Assembly: GCA_002633005.1 (NCBI GenBank) | Contig: NMRA01000061.1 | Location: 663,076-727,075, forward strand | Direction of reading: 5' to 3' | DNA length: 64,000 bases | Origin: Phoronis australis | Taxonomy: Eukaryota; Animalia; Phoronida | Shown here: one piece after another, positions 26,383-39,004 of the stretch | How the letters are laid out: the number at the start of each line of letters is the position of its first letter | Position numbering within the stretch: the first letter of the stretch is position 1 | The notes under the pieces: model-generated | The model's database searches: none | The model's input: the letters and a program-made list of their open reading frames with translations, nothing else | Told to the model about the DNA's origin: nothing | Program-made: the position numbers and the translations under genes

Positions 26383-27753
26383 CCCGGTCTCCAATCTCCG
26401 TACTCAGATTCATACTCATACTCGAGATTTCATACTCAAAATCATGCTCACTGGAGTCGTACTCAAAAAAGCGTATCTAATGTCGCATTTCGAGTAGACT
26501 TCAAACGTACTCAAATCTGACACTCATACTCGAGTTGCTATGGAACTCTTCATGATGTGAAATTCAAAATCACGTCGCGCTGATTCATCGCTCCCTATTG
26601 GAATAGACCACCCCAAGAACTAGGCCTACATTATCGTCTGCTGTCGCTACAACTACAAGAGTATGTCTCTAACGTGGAATTCTGAGTGTTCTGTAACTGT
26701 TATTCATTTTTTAGTTTCAATATTTATTCTTATGCCATTTCTTTCATACATTTGGCAATTATTAAGCTCTACTTCTTGAGCTCCGCACCCAGTCCCGAAA
26801 ATGCCTTAAGAAATATGTAACAGCTTATCGCATTATATCTCTGTTGCTAATTTAGTCTTGACATAAACCCATTGCTGTGTATGCATACGCTGATGTCAAA
26901 CTTTGATACTGTATATTTGTATTTAACTGGGATGTATCAAGTGAGTTGACATTTGGCACGTCAGTTAAAAAAACAATACTTGTGCAGGCATTCAGAATTC
27001 ACCAGTGGCAGTGAACGGGACGAGACGTTTACTTAGAAATCGGCAAACAAAATCTGGAATTCCATTTGGGGATTGAGGAATTATAGATGACTAAGTTATA
27101 ATGAGAAATGTACCTGACAGGGAAGTGAACTGTTTTTAACTTCCCTTCCCTCCTCGTCTTTTGGAAACCCTACAAAACGTAGGCACACATACCGAAATAA
27201 GGGCAGCACAAACTTCTCACACGACTTTTGCCACAACTGCTTTCGACGCTTGTTATGACTCGCCGACAAGGAATTACAATGCGCCTGTTGCCAGGAATTG
27301 TAGAGGTAGAATGGTGGCCATAACATACAGTGATACGGCGGGTTATTAAGGTGAGGAATAAGATTTAAGATGAAAACTATTGTCTCTGAACTGAAATTGA
27401 AGTGCTGAGATTCAGTAAGAGGACTTATTTTTTAGATTTGCTGTTTTTCTTGGTTCCCTTTCGATATTTTGTTCTCTGGCTCGTATTTATTTTCGAGTAC
27501 GATTTCGAACACACTGCCATACCAAACTTGAAATTTGAGCAGACTCCGAATTTTTACTCAAATCGTACTCGAAATATAGATGAGATACACTTCAGTTCGA
27601 GTACACTCGAGAACTGAGTACGTGCTCGAAATTTCGATTACGGATTTTTCGAGTATGACATTGAATACACCAAAGCTGAGTCTGTACTCGAGTTGAGTAT
27701 GAAGTGTGAGTTTGAGCATGATTCGAGTCTGAGTACGGAGATTGGAGACCGGG
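26383..27753. mobile_element. 1.37-kb MITE with 26-bp perfect TIR and TACTC(A/G) subterminal repeats
   Basis: CCCGGTCTCCAATCTCCGTACTCAGA at 26383, and its exact reverse complement ending at 27753. It interrupts a copy of the 14330 repeat. Confidence 0.85.
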
Positions 27754-28619
27754 CCCGGGTTTCAACACATTTGGGCTATGATATGCGCCCCCTCTTCCTG
27801 AAGCGTATTTTTCTAAGCGCCCTGGCCACTTATGAGGGCAAATACGGTAATATTTCAGAAAGGCAATACTTAGTACCCTTTATGCACTGGACCCTTTTGT
27901 TACATTAGAAGTGGGATCGGTTCATTATGTATCCTACAGGTGACATACATGTAGGACTTTACAAAACTGGTTGAATAATTTTGTTTTCGTCATAAACGTT
28001 CGTTTGAAACGCTTAAGTTTGGAAATGTTAGGACTTAAGGCGGAAATTTAAAAACCATTTGTCCGCTTACAAAAATTTAACATTGAAGAATAAAAACAAC
28101 CTTCACACCCCTCTGGTGAAATTTCCTGTTCCAAGTTTTCAAAGACGTTGGTTGCATATTTATAGACTGCAGTCGAGAGATATTGTGCGGCATATATTCG
28201 ACATGAAATGAGCGTGTAACTTGCTGTTGAATTGCGAGATAGATTTTTTAACTGGTCCAAGTGGTTATTTCTGAAGTATTAATGTAACCTTTATTTATGT
28301 TAACGGTTTTACTACTGCTGTATTTATTTGTACACGAATGTGAATTTGTTGAAATCGCTGATCCAAATCCTGGCCAACTGTGAGCATTCTGCTGAGACCA
28401 AGCGTCTGATCAGGGCAAGCGAAGAATAATTTGGTTAATTCGCTCACTAGACTATGACTGAAGTTCCTCGTAAGTACAGGAGTTCATGAGTCACTACCTT
28501 TGGAAGAAATTTAGCGGACAATTTTTGTCAAAAAGTTTATCAGATAGTTTTCATCAAAACGGAGAAAACAAAAATGGATTTGTGAAGACAGGATTAAGCA
28601 GTAGGCCTACCAGAGCCTC

Positions 28620-28817
28620 TTAATAACGTTCATCTTCAAAGTGCCTTTCAGAAGAAATGTATAAAGTCTTATTGCTGAAACAACTGCCATTCACGTTAAC
28701 ACAAGAAATAAGCTTTTCTTCCCACAGCCGATTAGGGAGCCTTGGGGTGGTATGAAAGCTAACTCCGTTGCATTTCGCCTGTGTGGCCGAACAACCGGCC
28801 ACACAGAAGCCGACCAT
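28620..28817 (-). pseudogene. Degenerate THAP domain (second THAP-transposon relic)
   Basis: MVGFCVAGCS...GVSFHTTP...LWEEKL...LYISSERHFEDE follows the THAP pattern C-x-C...FH.FP...W...C..HF, then hits a stop. Confidence 0.65.
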
Positions 28818-29121
28818 GATTAGCAGACGACGTACTTGCCGGATATTGCACCAGAAAAGTTAGCTAGGTATCGCCAGTGAATAATGACGTAAGGGCCTAT
28901 GCGTAAGACCACAGATTTCGTCCATTGAAAGTATACGGAGTTGGCGGTCCATGTACTATAGTCGATGCTCACATGTTTAAAACTTTGCTATGATTAATGG
29001 ATTTGGCCCAGCCATCTATTACACGAACATTGGTGTTGAGACAGTAATATTCGCGGTGTCTTGCAAAGTGCCTGGACGTGCAATAGTAAAATTTGACAAA
29101 TAAATTATTGTTATTTTACAG

Positions 29122-29257
29122 GTTGACTAGTTTAACTAGAAGTATACAGAATGCTGTTGGTGAAGGTGGTGTTGATCAGGCTTATGCAGCAAAATTAATG
29201 AATTTTGCCAGGAGGTTAATGGAGGAGGCAAATCAAGCTGCATACTGTATGAATCAA
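29122..29257 (+). other. Isolated putative coding exon, product unrecognised
   Basis: Acceptor ttattttacag and donor CAA|GTGAGC. Open frame LTSLTRSIQNAVGEGGVDQAYAAKLMNFARRLMEEANQAAYCMNQ. Confidence 0.4.
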
Positions 29258-29654
29258 GTGAGCATCATTGTTAGTGTATTGTTGTTTTGGCCTTGTAAAT
29301 ATAGTGAATGAGCACTAGTAATATAATTACATTTTATTACAGTGTAATTTTAACAACTGAACCGATGCCTAATCAAGGCATCAGCATGGCACCTTTACCT
29401 TTACGTTTACATTGTGATCCCTCTACTGTAAGTAATAGCATTTTCAGGTTATTCCTACGTGCAAATAGGCCCTAGCGGTGTGTTAAAAATGGTCCTTAAT
29501 GGAGTGTCTTGGGGCAACAAAAGCTTATCCAGTTGAAGTGAGAAACTGGAAAATGTGACCCTATTTGAGTGAAATGCTCAGACTGAATTTAGAGCTTTTA
29601 AATGACATCTTGAAATCATTTTGTAGCTAAGAACAGACACAGAGGAAAATAATC

Positions 29655-30500
29655 GTACTTGGGCGTGTCTGGCGGGAATAACTCACCACTATATTTTTCT
29701 GGCAGTGTTTATTCATGATACATGGGCCTACGTACAATATTTTGCCACTAGTTTCATGCGATTACCTCTTGGGTTGATTTACCTCAGATTTTAGCCCTTT
29801 CTTTAGTTCTCGGGCAGGGACACATCGCTGCTGAAATTGACCTATCGTCAGGATTGTGAGTGACGGCTTGACCGACCAATTAGAACGCAGCATTGTTGAC
29901 ACACCTTCGTTCCCAAGCCTCCATTTTACCCGACAAACAACACGTTACCAGGTAAAACTTATTGTTTGTTTGTCGACATTTTGCAAGGGGGCGGAGCTTG
30001 CAAAGGTCATTTTTCTGGCATCTTACTATTGTGTCATGTGCAGTGATGCTGAACATCTTGCAATTGGTTTCAAACGGTTACCTAGTTCAGCTCAGGTATT
30101 TGGGCGTGTCTGGGTAACCAACCACTAGATTTGTCTTCCTAAGTTTATTCGTGATACCTGGGCTTACGGTGAATATATTGCAACTGGTTTTAAGCGGTTA
30201 CCTCTTGGGTTGATCTAGCTCAATTTTAAACCCTTTTTGATAATCCTCTGGCAGGAGCACCCCACCACTAAAATTGTCTGGCATCCAACTGTTGTGCCAT
30301 GTACAGTGATGCTGAACATCGTGCAACTGGTTTCAAGCGGTTACTTGGTGAATAGATCGGGTATTTGGGCGTGTCTGGAGGGACCAACCCACCGCTAGAT
30401 TTGTCTGGCAGTGTTTATTTGTGATACCTGGTCTTAGGGTGAATATTTTGCAACTGGCTTCATGCAGTTACCTATTGGGTTGATCTTGCTCAATTTTTGC
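29655..30500 (+). repeat. Three diverged units of a ~200-260-bp tandem-like repeat
   Basis: tgggcgtgtctgg at about 29660, 30100 and 30366, each followed by gtttatt..tgatac.tgg...attttgcaactgg...ttacct.ttgggttgat. Confidence 0.7.
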
Positions 30501-30828
30501 CATGTGTTTAACTGAATGGCTGATACAACCGGCCACTGAAATCGCCTGGCAGTGACCAATGTTGATACCATGAATTACGTAGTAGGTATCGAAGGCAGTT
30601 TGAAGTGGTGAGCAGAAAACGTGATCTAGCTCAATTTTTGAGTCCCATTCTCTAGGCTCCCCTGGCCAAACCCACCAGAGCGAACCTGTCAGAGTGCAAT
30701 TACCAAGCATGAAGATACTCATAGACCACTGTTGTACCACAGAAAATTGGTTACCTTTTCATGCCCAAAAACCGCTGGGATCCCGGTCTATTTAATCACA
30801 TTTATGAAATTGGCTGCTATATTTGACC

Positions 30829-31815
30829 CGGGAGGGTAGCATCGCGTTCCGGGTTCTGTGCATCCCAGGTTCTTTGCGTTCCAGTCTCTATGTATCCCGG
30901 GTTCTATGTGTCGTGTGTTGTGGGTGTCCGGGTTCTATATGTCCTGGTCTTTTTGTGATTTAAGCCATGCGCTCAGCAGTCCCCATTTTCGGTCGACATG
31001 AGAATTGTTGGTGCCTTTTCAATCCTGCTATAGGGAAAAATGATTTCATTGATACTGAGTGTTATGCATAATTAGGTCACAATTTGGCCCAGTAGCATAT
31101 TTTTCATACACGCCTACCTGAGGAACCACTTGACTGAATATCAGGATCGCGTCTTATGTTCCATTAGGGCGCCGAATATTAACTTTTGACATTTTGTCCT
31201 GATAAAGTCAGAATCATGTGATGGTTTTATAAAAAACAACCATGTTTAGACAAAATTATTCATAACATTCAAACCAGAAGCAGTATTTGCAGGTTTCATA
31301 AGGAATTGTCATACTTGGAGATATATGACCATCTTGAGTTCCCCTTTCATACCTGATGAAAGGTAAAATAATAAATAACTTTTTTTTCCATGCATCCTCA
31401 TCGGATCGTGATCGTTGTCAGATCAAATTAAGCCGCGGGAATTTTCGATGGATCTTCAACTTGCGTCTTTAGTTAGCGAGACTTGGACTAGGTTGCAAAC
31501 GGTGATGTGATGTCGATTTTCTTGGGAGGTCGAGCACTGACCAGGAACACACAACCCGGTGTGAAAGTTACCGTTGTCCCCCTCGAGAAGTTGTCTGGCC
31601 CGTATGCATTTAAATGAAGCCTTTGTGTAGCTCTGAATAACGTGCAGCTACGATGGCTATCGGTAAATGCAGCTAGGACATTCTCTACAGGCGAACAATC
31701 ATTGACATACGACACCCGGACACACAGAACCCGAGACATATAAAAACACATCCGATATACCTGGACAGAGATATGCAGAAGCCTGACACACATAAAACTG
31801 GATATATAAAACGCC
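30829..31815. repeat. Degenerate inverted arms built from GGGTTCT(A/G)TG(T/C) units; related patch at 3090-3165
   Basis: gggttctatgtgtc-type units at 30850-30950 and reverse-complement gacacacagaaccc-type units at 31710-31810. Confidence 0.45.
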
Positions 31816-33243
31816 ATTCGACATGGAGCAAGACGGTTGGGTGAAAGTTAATCTACCTCAAAAGAGGTGACAGAAGTTGTCACTATGGTGTCAATTTTCT
31901 CTTGTGTCAGCCCTGTTTAAACACACACTTTCGCTTGATCATGTCGTAAAAGTCAGGCCCCAGGCAAATGTATTAATCGGCTGTACATGTAGGTAACCGT
32001 CTTCAATTTGGTGAGTGAAACTGGCTTTTCAGGAATCGGTTCAAATCCACGTTTGTTAACTAACATGGGTACTAAAGGACGACTGCACATGTGCAAAAGA
32101 ACAGCTGATGAAGTACCATTAACATCATCTGTCTTTTAAGAGCTCATTATAACCTAAAGGAAAAAACGATAATGTAGGAGACCTGGGCTTAGAACACAGG
32201 GGGTATTCGGATATGAAACGTTTATTCACAAACTAAGATAACGTTGAATGCACACTGTCAATCCCGCGAGACCGGTTTCTCTGAAACAAATATGATGGAA
32301 TAATAAACCTCGAGAAATACGTTCACGATACGCTACACGGCAACACAACATGTGCTTAACAGTCTTGTACAATACGAGAAACAGCGAGTAAACTCTACGG
32401 TAGTATGAGAAAGGAATGAAGTATAGACTTACAAGGACATTGGCTCTAAGCTCCATGAAACATCGTTAGCGTTGTAAGCGATAGTATACATGTAGCGGTT
32501 CTTGAGAATAAGCCCGCACTGTACCGGAAAGTCGCTTTAAATAAACTTGAGCCAATTTACGCATATAACATTACGCTACCCTGCGCAATCCGAAATTAAA
32601 ATAGTGCATCAACAGATATACCTCATGATTTTTCAGCCATTGGCGATTTCATTTGCCAAAAAAACAATTGATAACCGTATTTTCCCCAATAAGAGTCCAG
32701 CATCCTATACGTGCCCCTATGCGATTCCAGACTTAGCTGAAATAAGCGTCCAGACCATGAACGAGTACATGCAAAATATGGCTCGTCTAAAGTCCTTACA
32801 TTCTACAGAAACATCTTCAATTCATCGACAAGATCCGGAATTTCTGAAAACATCATTGTGCGAGGTATTTCTAGACCACCTGCCTTGTGGCTACGTCAGT
32901 TTCTGAGCCGTCAAGGNCAGGCCCGTAGGAAGGTACAAATTATTGGGGGGCACCGACCCTGGTCTATACGTAACTTCTAATTTCGAAACCACTGCGTTGC
33001 ACTGGGGTGTATGTATCAACGCTGTAAAATGAACTACTGCAACCACTATGTACGTTTTGAATTATATGAAAAAATATGTCTACTAATAATAAGGTGTGTA
33101 ACATGTGCTGTACTTATAGAGTTAATTTTTTGTTAAGATTGACTGGAAATTTTTGGAGAAACATACATGCCACTCATACGATTACTCTTGCTGAGCAGTA
33201 TGAATGAAGGTGTGAAATAATTATAAAAGTTTTTATTTACTCT

Positions 33244-35470
33244 TCAACATAAATCAGTGAACGTTGCCCTGCTGCACACAGGAACTCGGGCTGCAGCTAA
33301 GTCTAACGTGGTAAAAACCCCGAGTTGTGCCTTTCGCATTTCACTTCCTCGTACAAAATCGTTTGCCACATCCACCAAATTTAGCTTATCGCACATGTCT
33401 TTGTGAACATGGAGCAACATTAAATGGTTCAACCTCCCCTGTCCCATTGTGGAACGTAAATATGACTTAACACGCCTAAGAGCACTAAATGCTCGTTCGC
33501 TACTGGCATTTGTTGCAGGCATCACCAACAGCAAGTTTGCTAGTTTAATTACATTTTCGATCAAGTGTTTTTGACCGGCTGATAATTTCTGCAAATGATC
33601 CACAACACGAGACAATGTTATCTCTTGACTACCATCCTGTGCATAATTGGCCCCAAACGTAGCCACTTGACTGCGCGGTGTTGAATCAATATCATCTTCA
33701 TAAAAACTGATAACATCTTGGTATTCATTTTCAAAGTTTTCCCATTTTGCCGCCTTCAGTATCAGCTCCTCACACTGCATATAAATTTTGTAATCTTCGT
33801 GATCAAACCTGTCCCCTATTGATGCAATGATATTGTCAAGAGCTTCAAAATGAATTCTTCTATAATAATCTTCTGGACTCTAAGAAAACTCCGGAGGCGC
33901 ATTTCCTGTTTCATATCTAGCGGGTTTTCTATTGCGTCTAGGGAGACCAGGATCTTTGACGTGATGATCCTTTGCACAAGCTAGGACTTCATCCCAGAAG
34001 TTTTTAAATTCTCTGTCGTTTCTCATCCGTTCTAATGTTGTAAGGGTCATTTTGGCAATCTTTTGAGCCTCAGCCGCGGACATCTGAACGCTTTGTAAAG
34101 TTGTACTCAGATTGTCAGCATGCACCAACAGGCGCTCTGAAAGTACTAAACCGTAAAAGAAACTAAACTGTGTCATGTGAGACTGAATTCCACGTATCCG
34201 CGCTTTCATTTCTGAATCATTGCAATTTTGGACTCCCCAGGACCAGAGTTGCTGTGAACAATCATAGTTACCTATCACACGATTCAGAGCGTCAGCCTTC
34301 ACGGTCCATCTCGTTGGACACAGTTGCCGAATATTACCCACTTCTCTGTCGTCAAGCAACTTATCTCATATTTTATTCAACTGTGCGTCACGTTTGGGAG
34401 ATTTTTTTTATCAGTTTGGTAATTTCGTACTTGGTGTCTAAAGCATCGGCCATCAGCTTGCATCGTTTGATACTATCTGAGCAGGCAAGATTCAACGCGT
34501 GGACATAACAATAAGTGTACAGTGCGCGATGTTCTTCCTGTTTAATGTTGACAACGACTCCATTTTTGGACCCAGTCATTGTGCTGCAACCATCATAGCA
34601 TTGACCACGACATCTGCTTAAAGACAAATTCATCCGCAACAGTGTGTCTTTTAGAAGTGACGTAATTGTTTGGGCATCCATCAATTCCAAGCGGAGAAAT
34701 CCGATGAATTCTTCATGGAGTTGTAATGATTCGTCTACCCATCGGATACAAACGACGAGTTGTTCGCTATTAGACACGTCAGTACAGTAGTTTCGTCTGC
34801 CAGTATACTAAAATAAGGACTGCCGCGAATGCACGACGCTATTTCTCGGAGAACTTTTAAAGCCATCAGTTTGATCGCTTCATTTTGAATATCTGGAGAC
34901 GTATATTTATTTGTTTTCTGCGACAACCATGATTTCAAAATATCTGTCTCTGTTTCTTTTAGATGGAGTAGTTGAATAAAATTGGAATCTTGTTCATCTC
35001 CGTCACCCCTAAACGGTATACCTTGTCTTGCCAAAAACGTATGTTTGTTAATATTTTCAGGAACAGTCTGCGGTTTTTCGCTTTTTGCTCTCCGTGGGCT
35101 GTTGACAGTTGTTCCGCAACATCTTTGACAGACAACTTCACAATCAGTGTGCGTTCCATTGCTTCTTTATGGCACTCAGATTTCTCATGCTTCGTAAAGC
35201 CAGACGTCTTGTCAGTAGCCTTTTTCCAGTTGGTATAACCGGTAACAACAAATGATAGATCTTGTTTTGCTGAAGACAGCAGACCCATGTGGTAAGCTTT
35301 TGACACAACACCTTATCTTCCCCCTCAATATAATGCAGCCACGGCAATGAGATAAACCACTGTTTTTGAAATTGACGATTTTTCTTGACAAAAGGTCGTT
35401 TTGGAAAGACGTGATTTGAAGGTTGGTTTGGATGCTCAGGAATGTCGTGTAAACCACGTTTTTCTTGCAC
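33244..35470 (-). pseudogene. ZMYM1-like hAT transposase pseudogene (TTF zinc finger, DUF4371, RNase H-like core, hATC dimerisation domain)
   Basis: Fragments in order: RQFQKQWF..LPWLHY; GYTNWKKA..KHEKSECH; RQGIPFRG..YTSPDIQNE..SILADET; EQLVVCIRWV..GQCYDG..CYVHALNL; CPTRW; MPATNASSERAFSALRRVKSYLRSTMGQGRLNHL. Several frameshifts and stops. Confidence 0.93.
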
Positions 35471-35959
35471 GGTGTGAGCCGACTGAGAAGAACTGTTTTG
35501 GTGAGTGTGGGAGTTTTTACTTGGTGCTGAAGAGGTACAATAAAGCTCCTGTGACTGTCTCGATGGTTCTTAATTCGTAGTACCAGATTTGTGAGTCCCA
35601 GCGTTCACCACAAGTGGCTCTGTGTGCAATGTGGCTTCTGCAGAAGTGCTGTTTGCTAACTGCGTAGGACAGCTACTGTGGGACTCCAGGACGTCCGATA
35701 GTTCTGTGTTTGACGTTTCAGAGTTACTTTTTATATTCCAAGCTGAAGCACCTCCAGGTTTAGTGCGTGATGCGCCGCATATTAAGTGAGTTTCGAGCGT
35801 GAGTGAGTTACTGGTTACAGGTAGGAATTTTACCTTAAAGAAGGCACCTATTTTTCTTTGGTGACTGGAAGCGTGCTGCTTCTTTGCTCTTGAACATTCC
35901 TGGAAATCGTCGCAAAATCATTTTTTATTCATTTGACACTCATGTACAGGGCATGTGTT

Positions 35960-38932
35960 TTTTTATTCTAACTGCTACGACATGATTTGGTTCAAAAATC
36001 GCGCCGGGTCGGTTGTCAAGATTTCCATCTCTAGACCACTAGAAAATCGCATATTTGTTGCATGAAGCATTTCCTAATACACGTGGTAAGATCTCCCCAT
36101 GAAGCGAATGAACACTTTTTCCTACGTCGGGATATACACTTGTTACTGACATTTTCAATACAGACGACAGATACATGACAGCCATGAGACCACTCCAATT
36201 CCCATCATGACACAGATGCTTTGCCTCTCTTACAATGGCTGCTTCATTATCATCGTTTACAGTGTCTTCAAGACCGTCCTCCTGAGACATTACCACAGTG
36301 AATAATGTTTGAAAATCCGAAGATATAGAGTTTTCTTTCTGAGTAGCAGCAATAACGTGTGGGTGCCTTGCATAAAAGTCAGAGTGAATGATGAGCTCGG
36401 CTGCAGTCAGCAGCCTTAATGTCACGTGGAGGGATTCGTCACCTATAAACAGGAACTAAGCAACTGCAAGGTTGTATTAAGAGATTACTTGCCTTTATAA
36501 AATGAGGCCATGCGATACTTTAGATAGGTTTTGAAATTCTGTGTAATGACAAGAAATTCGTAAATGGGCCTTATTCCAGGAATGAGTTTATAGACATAAT
36601 TTCGACTTTCCGAAATGGCAATTTTAGTGAATTCCAATGGATTTTTTCCCATTTCACGTCCCCAACTTCATGGCAAATGCCCAAAATGAGCTCATACACA
36701 GAACAAAGTACGGGATGATAGTTGTTTCAAAGGGACACGCCACATACATGTAACCGCCGTCGCGAACCTAACATTATTTCTTTGCACAATTTCAGGTTAG
36801 TTTTCTGCTAGGAAACCGGAAACTTATCGCATTTTTTATAATTTGAGTTTTGCATTTTGTGCTTTTAAAGTTATGTAGAACCTAATAAGAGTTCCATTTT
36901 TTTCCAAATTCAAAAATGTATTGAATTTGCATTGAACTTTCAAATTCCGATAAATAGTTCTGGAACACGCTGTTAGGAATTTTTCTTAAAATGTTCGACT
37001 TTTGCATGAGGGCTAATCAAAATAGTGCTTCAGATTTTTATGAAAACGTTTTAAAGTTGCATAAAATGAAAACGAAACGATATTTTAGAAAATTGTAACA
37101 GCGTTTTTGAGATTTTATCTTAAACAATTATACTACTCGAAATTTGTGCATGCTATTGACGCCGTTGTTTTGTTTGACTAACAGAACGTACCTTATTAAT
37201 TTGCTAAATTTTCCTATAAGTTTATGTCAAGCAACCTATTTAGTTGCGGACTGGTATGAAATCAAAAAATCAAATTCTACGGAATTACTACTTTCCAAAA
37301 ATATACTTTTGCTGGGCTAAGTTGTATACAATTTAGTATATATGTATTTGGCTAAATATGCAGGCATGACGAGAAGGTGCTACATAACCTTAGTAAGGCG
37401 CGATGTGTTAATGTAAAAACTAATTTTGTATTTTTAGGCTGTTGTGATAATTTGCATAGGCTATTTACTTCGTAGTTTCTGTTAAACACGCACTCCGCTA
37501 ATGGACGTCATTTTGCTTCTCCAAAATTGAACTTTGGTTCATTTGACATTTAGTAGTACAGCAAAGCCTATAACATATTTTTTAACGTACATGTATTTCT
37601 TTTACTTTTTGGGTATGAAAGAAGGAATTCTGTGTTTCATATTCTTATGTTTCACTGAGCTACTACTCGCGTTTCATAAGAATGTGAAATACGTTTCTGA
37701 TTTCCCCGTTATAATGCGACACTATGGGACTTACTAAAGTAGTTCACAAATTCTATTTTGTCGTTGTACTAAAGCCACTGCTGAATGCTATCCGGAAATA
37801 TGGTGAACAAACAAAATTTGAGACCAAAATGCAAAAGGTGCACGTGTATTATCATCGTGGTCAAATCAATAACTGCTTCCTGTGCAAACGATCAAATCTA
37901 CGGTCTTCCAGCATAGGAGTTGAGTGAACGTAGTTAATGTTAAATGCCTGCACTTTATGCATGAATACCACAGTTGGAGAAAGTAGTCTGCTCTATAGAG
38001 AAACTGTGGGTCGTTGACCCCTTTTTTCAATTTTTCACTCCCAGTTCTTTGGAAATTTCACTGAAAATATTTAAACTCTTTAATTTTAGAGAATGAGCGT
38101 TAATACTATAAGTTTTTCGTCATTATACAAGTTAAGATATATCTCTATTCACCACCATTTAAAACAGGTTACACGTTTGAATTAGCCGATACCTCAAAAC
38201 CCAGGCATTTTCTACCATAATAGCCAATGACTTCTATTATAGCAACGGGTAATTCATTACATTTCTAGACAGACCGTGTGATTTGTCGTTTACATCCAGC
38301 AAAAACACGATCAGAAAACAAACACTATGAGCCAAAATCGATTCTTAATACATGGGCGGCGCACTATAGGGGGCTGAGAGGCTATCACCCCCCTTAATTC
38401 AGTGGTGCACCGTCCGCGGGCGTAGGCGGCGCACCTGATATGGGGCTGAGGGAATATAGCTCCCCACTAAATGCTGCTCCGCCCATGTTATATCGACTAA
38501 AGTAAAAGTCAAAAATCTATTATGAAAAATATGAAGTAATACCAGTTATGCAAAGAGAAGCGGCTCGAAATAAGCAGTTGCCGTCCCCAGATGCGCGAAT
38601 GGGTTCGTGTGTTGACTGGTGAGATTCGGGAATAATGCATTTTGCGAACTCGTCGATCAGAGCATTTTCCAACAAAACTTGATGTAGAAAGAGGGGATTC
38701 AACAGCTTGTGTAACAAGGTTACTGTATGTGTCGTATAGACTTCCAGCTTTCTGCGAGTCGTATCCAATCGACGCCACGAGTTCTCCAAGGCCCTGTAAA
38801 ATACAGAATTTGTGACCACTGATCGAAATTTACTCCAGTTTTCTGCTATAACGTGCATGCGACAATCACAATGAACAATAAAAACAACTCCACAACGTTA
38901 GAAAACTCAATTACCTCCATTGTGGTCGACAT
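35960..38932 (-). pseudogene. Spliced vertnin/OTU-like cysteine-protease domain upstream of the hAT transposase (exons 38932-38915, 38793-38543, 36442 onward)
   Basis: GT-AG introns 38914-38794 and 38542-36443. The join reads GDGNCLFRAASLCITG-DESLHVTLRLLTAAELIIHSDFY, later WSGLMAVMYLSSVLKMSVTSVYP and WSRDGNLDNRPGAIFEPNHVV. One frameshift near 38670 and a stop at 36039. Confidence 0.78.
38351..38487. mobile_element. 137-bp hAT-like MITE inside the 2.1-kb intron
   Basis: TIR CATGGGCGG...CCGCCCATG and an internal ggggctgag duplication. No clear TSD. Confidence 0.55.
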
Positions 38933-39004
38933 CTCGAATAATGCACTGAACACCAAAGTTCAAGCTTAGAGCTGCACGCGCTACTGCTAGATATAATGTA
39001 ACAC

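Larger units (their letters stand above)
32918..38932 (-). mobile_element. Decayed autonomous hAT transposon (3' terminus at 32918; 5' terminus not found)
   Basis: Terminus CAGGCCCGTAGGAAGG...GGGGGGCAC lies 326 bp beyond the transposase stop. AATAAA on the minus strand at 33232-33237. Transposase and OTU-like fragments are collinear inside. Confidence 0.75.
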
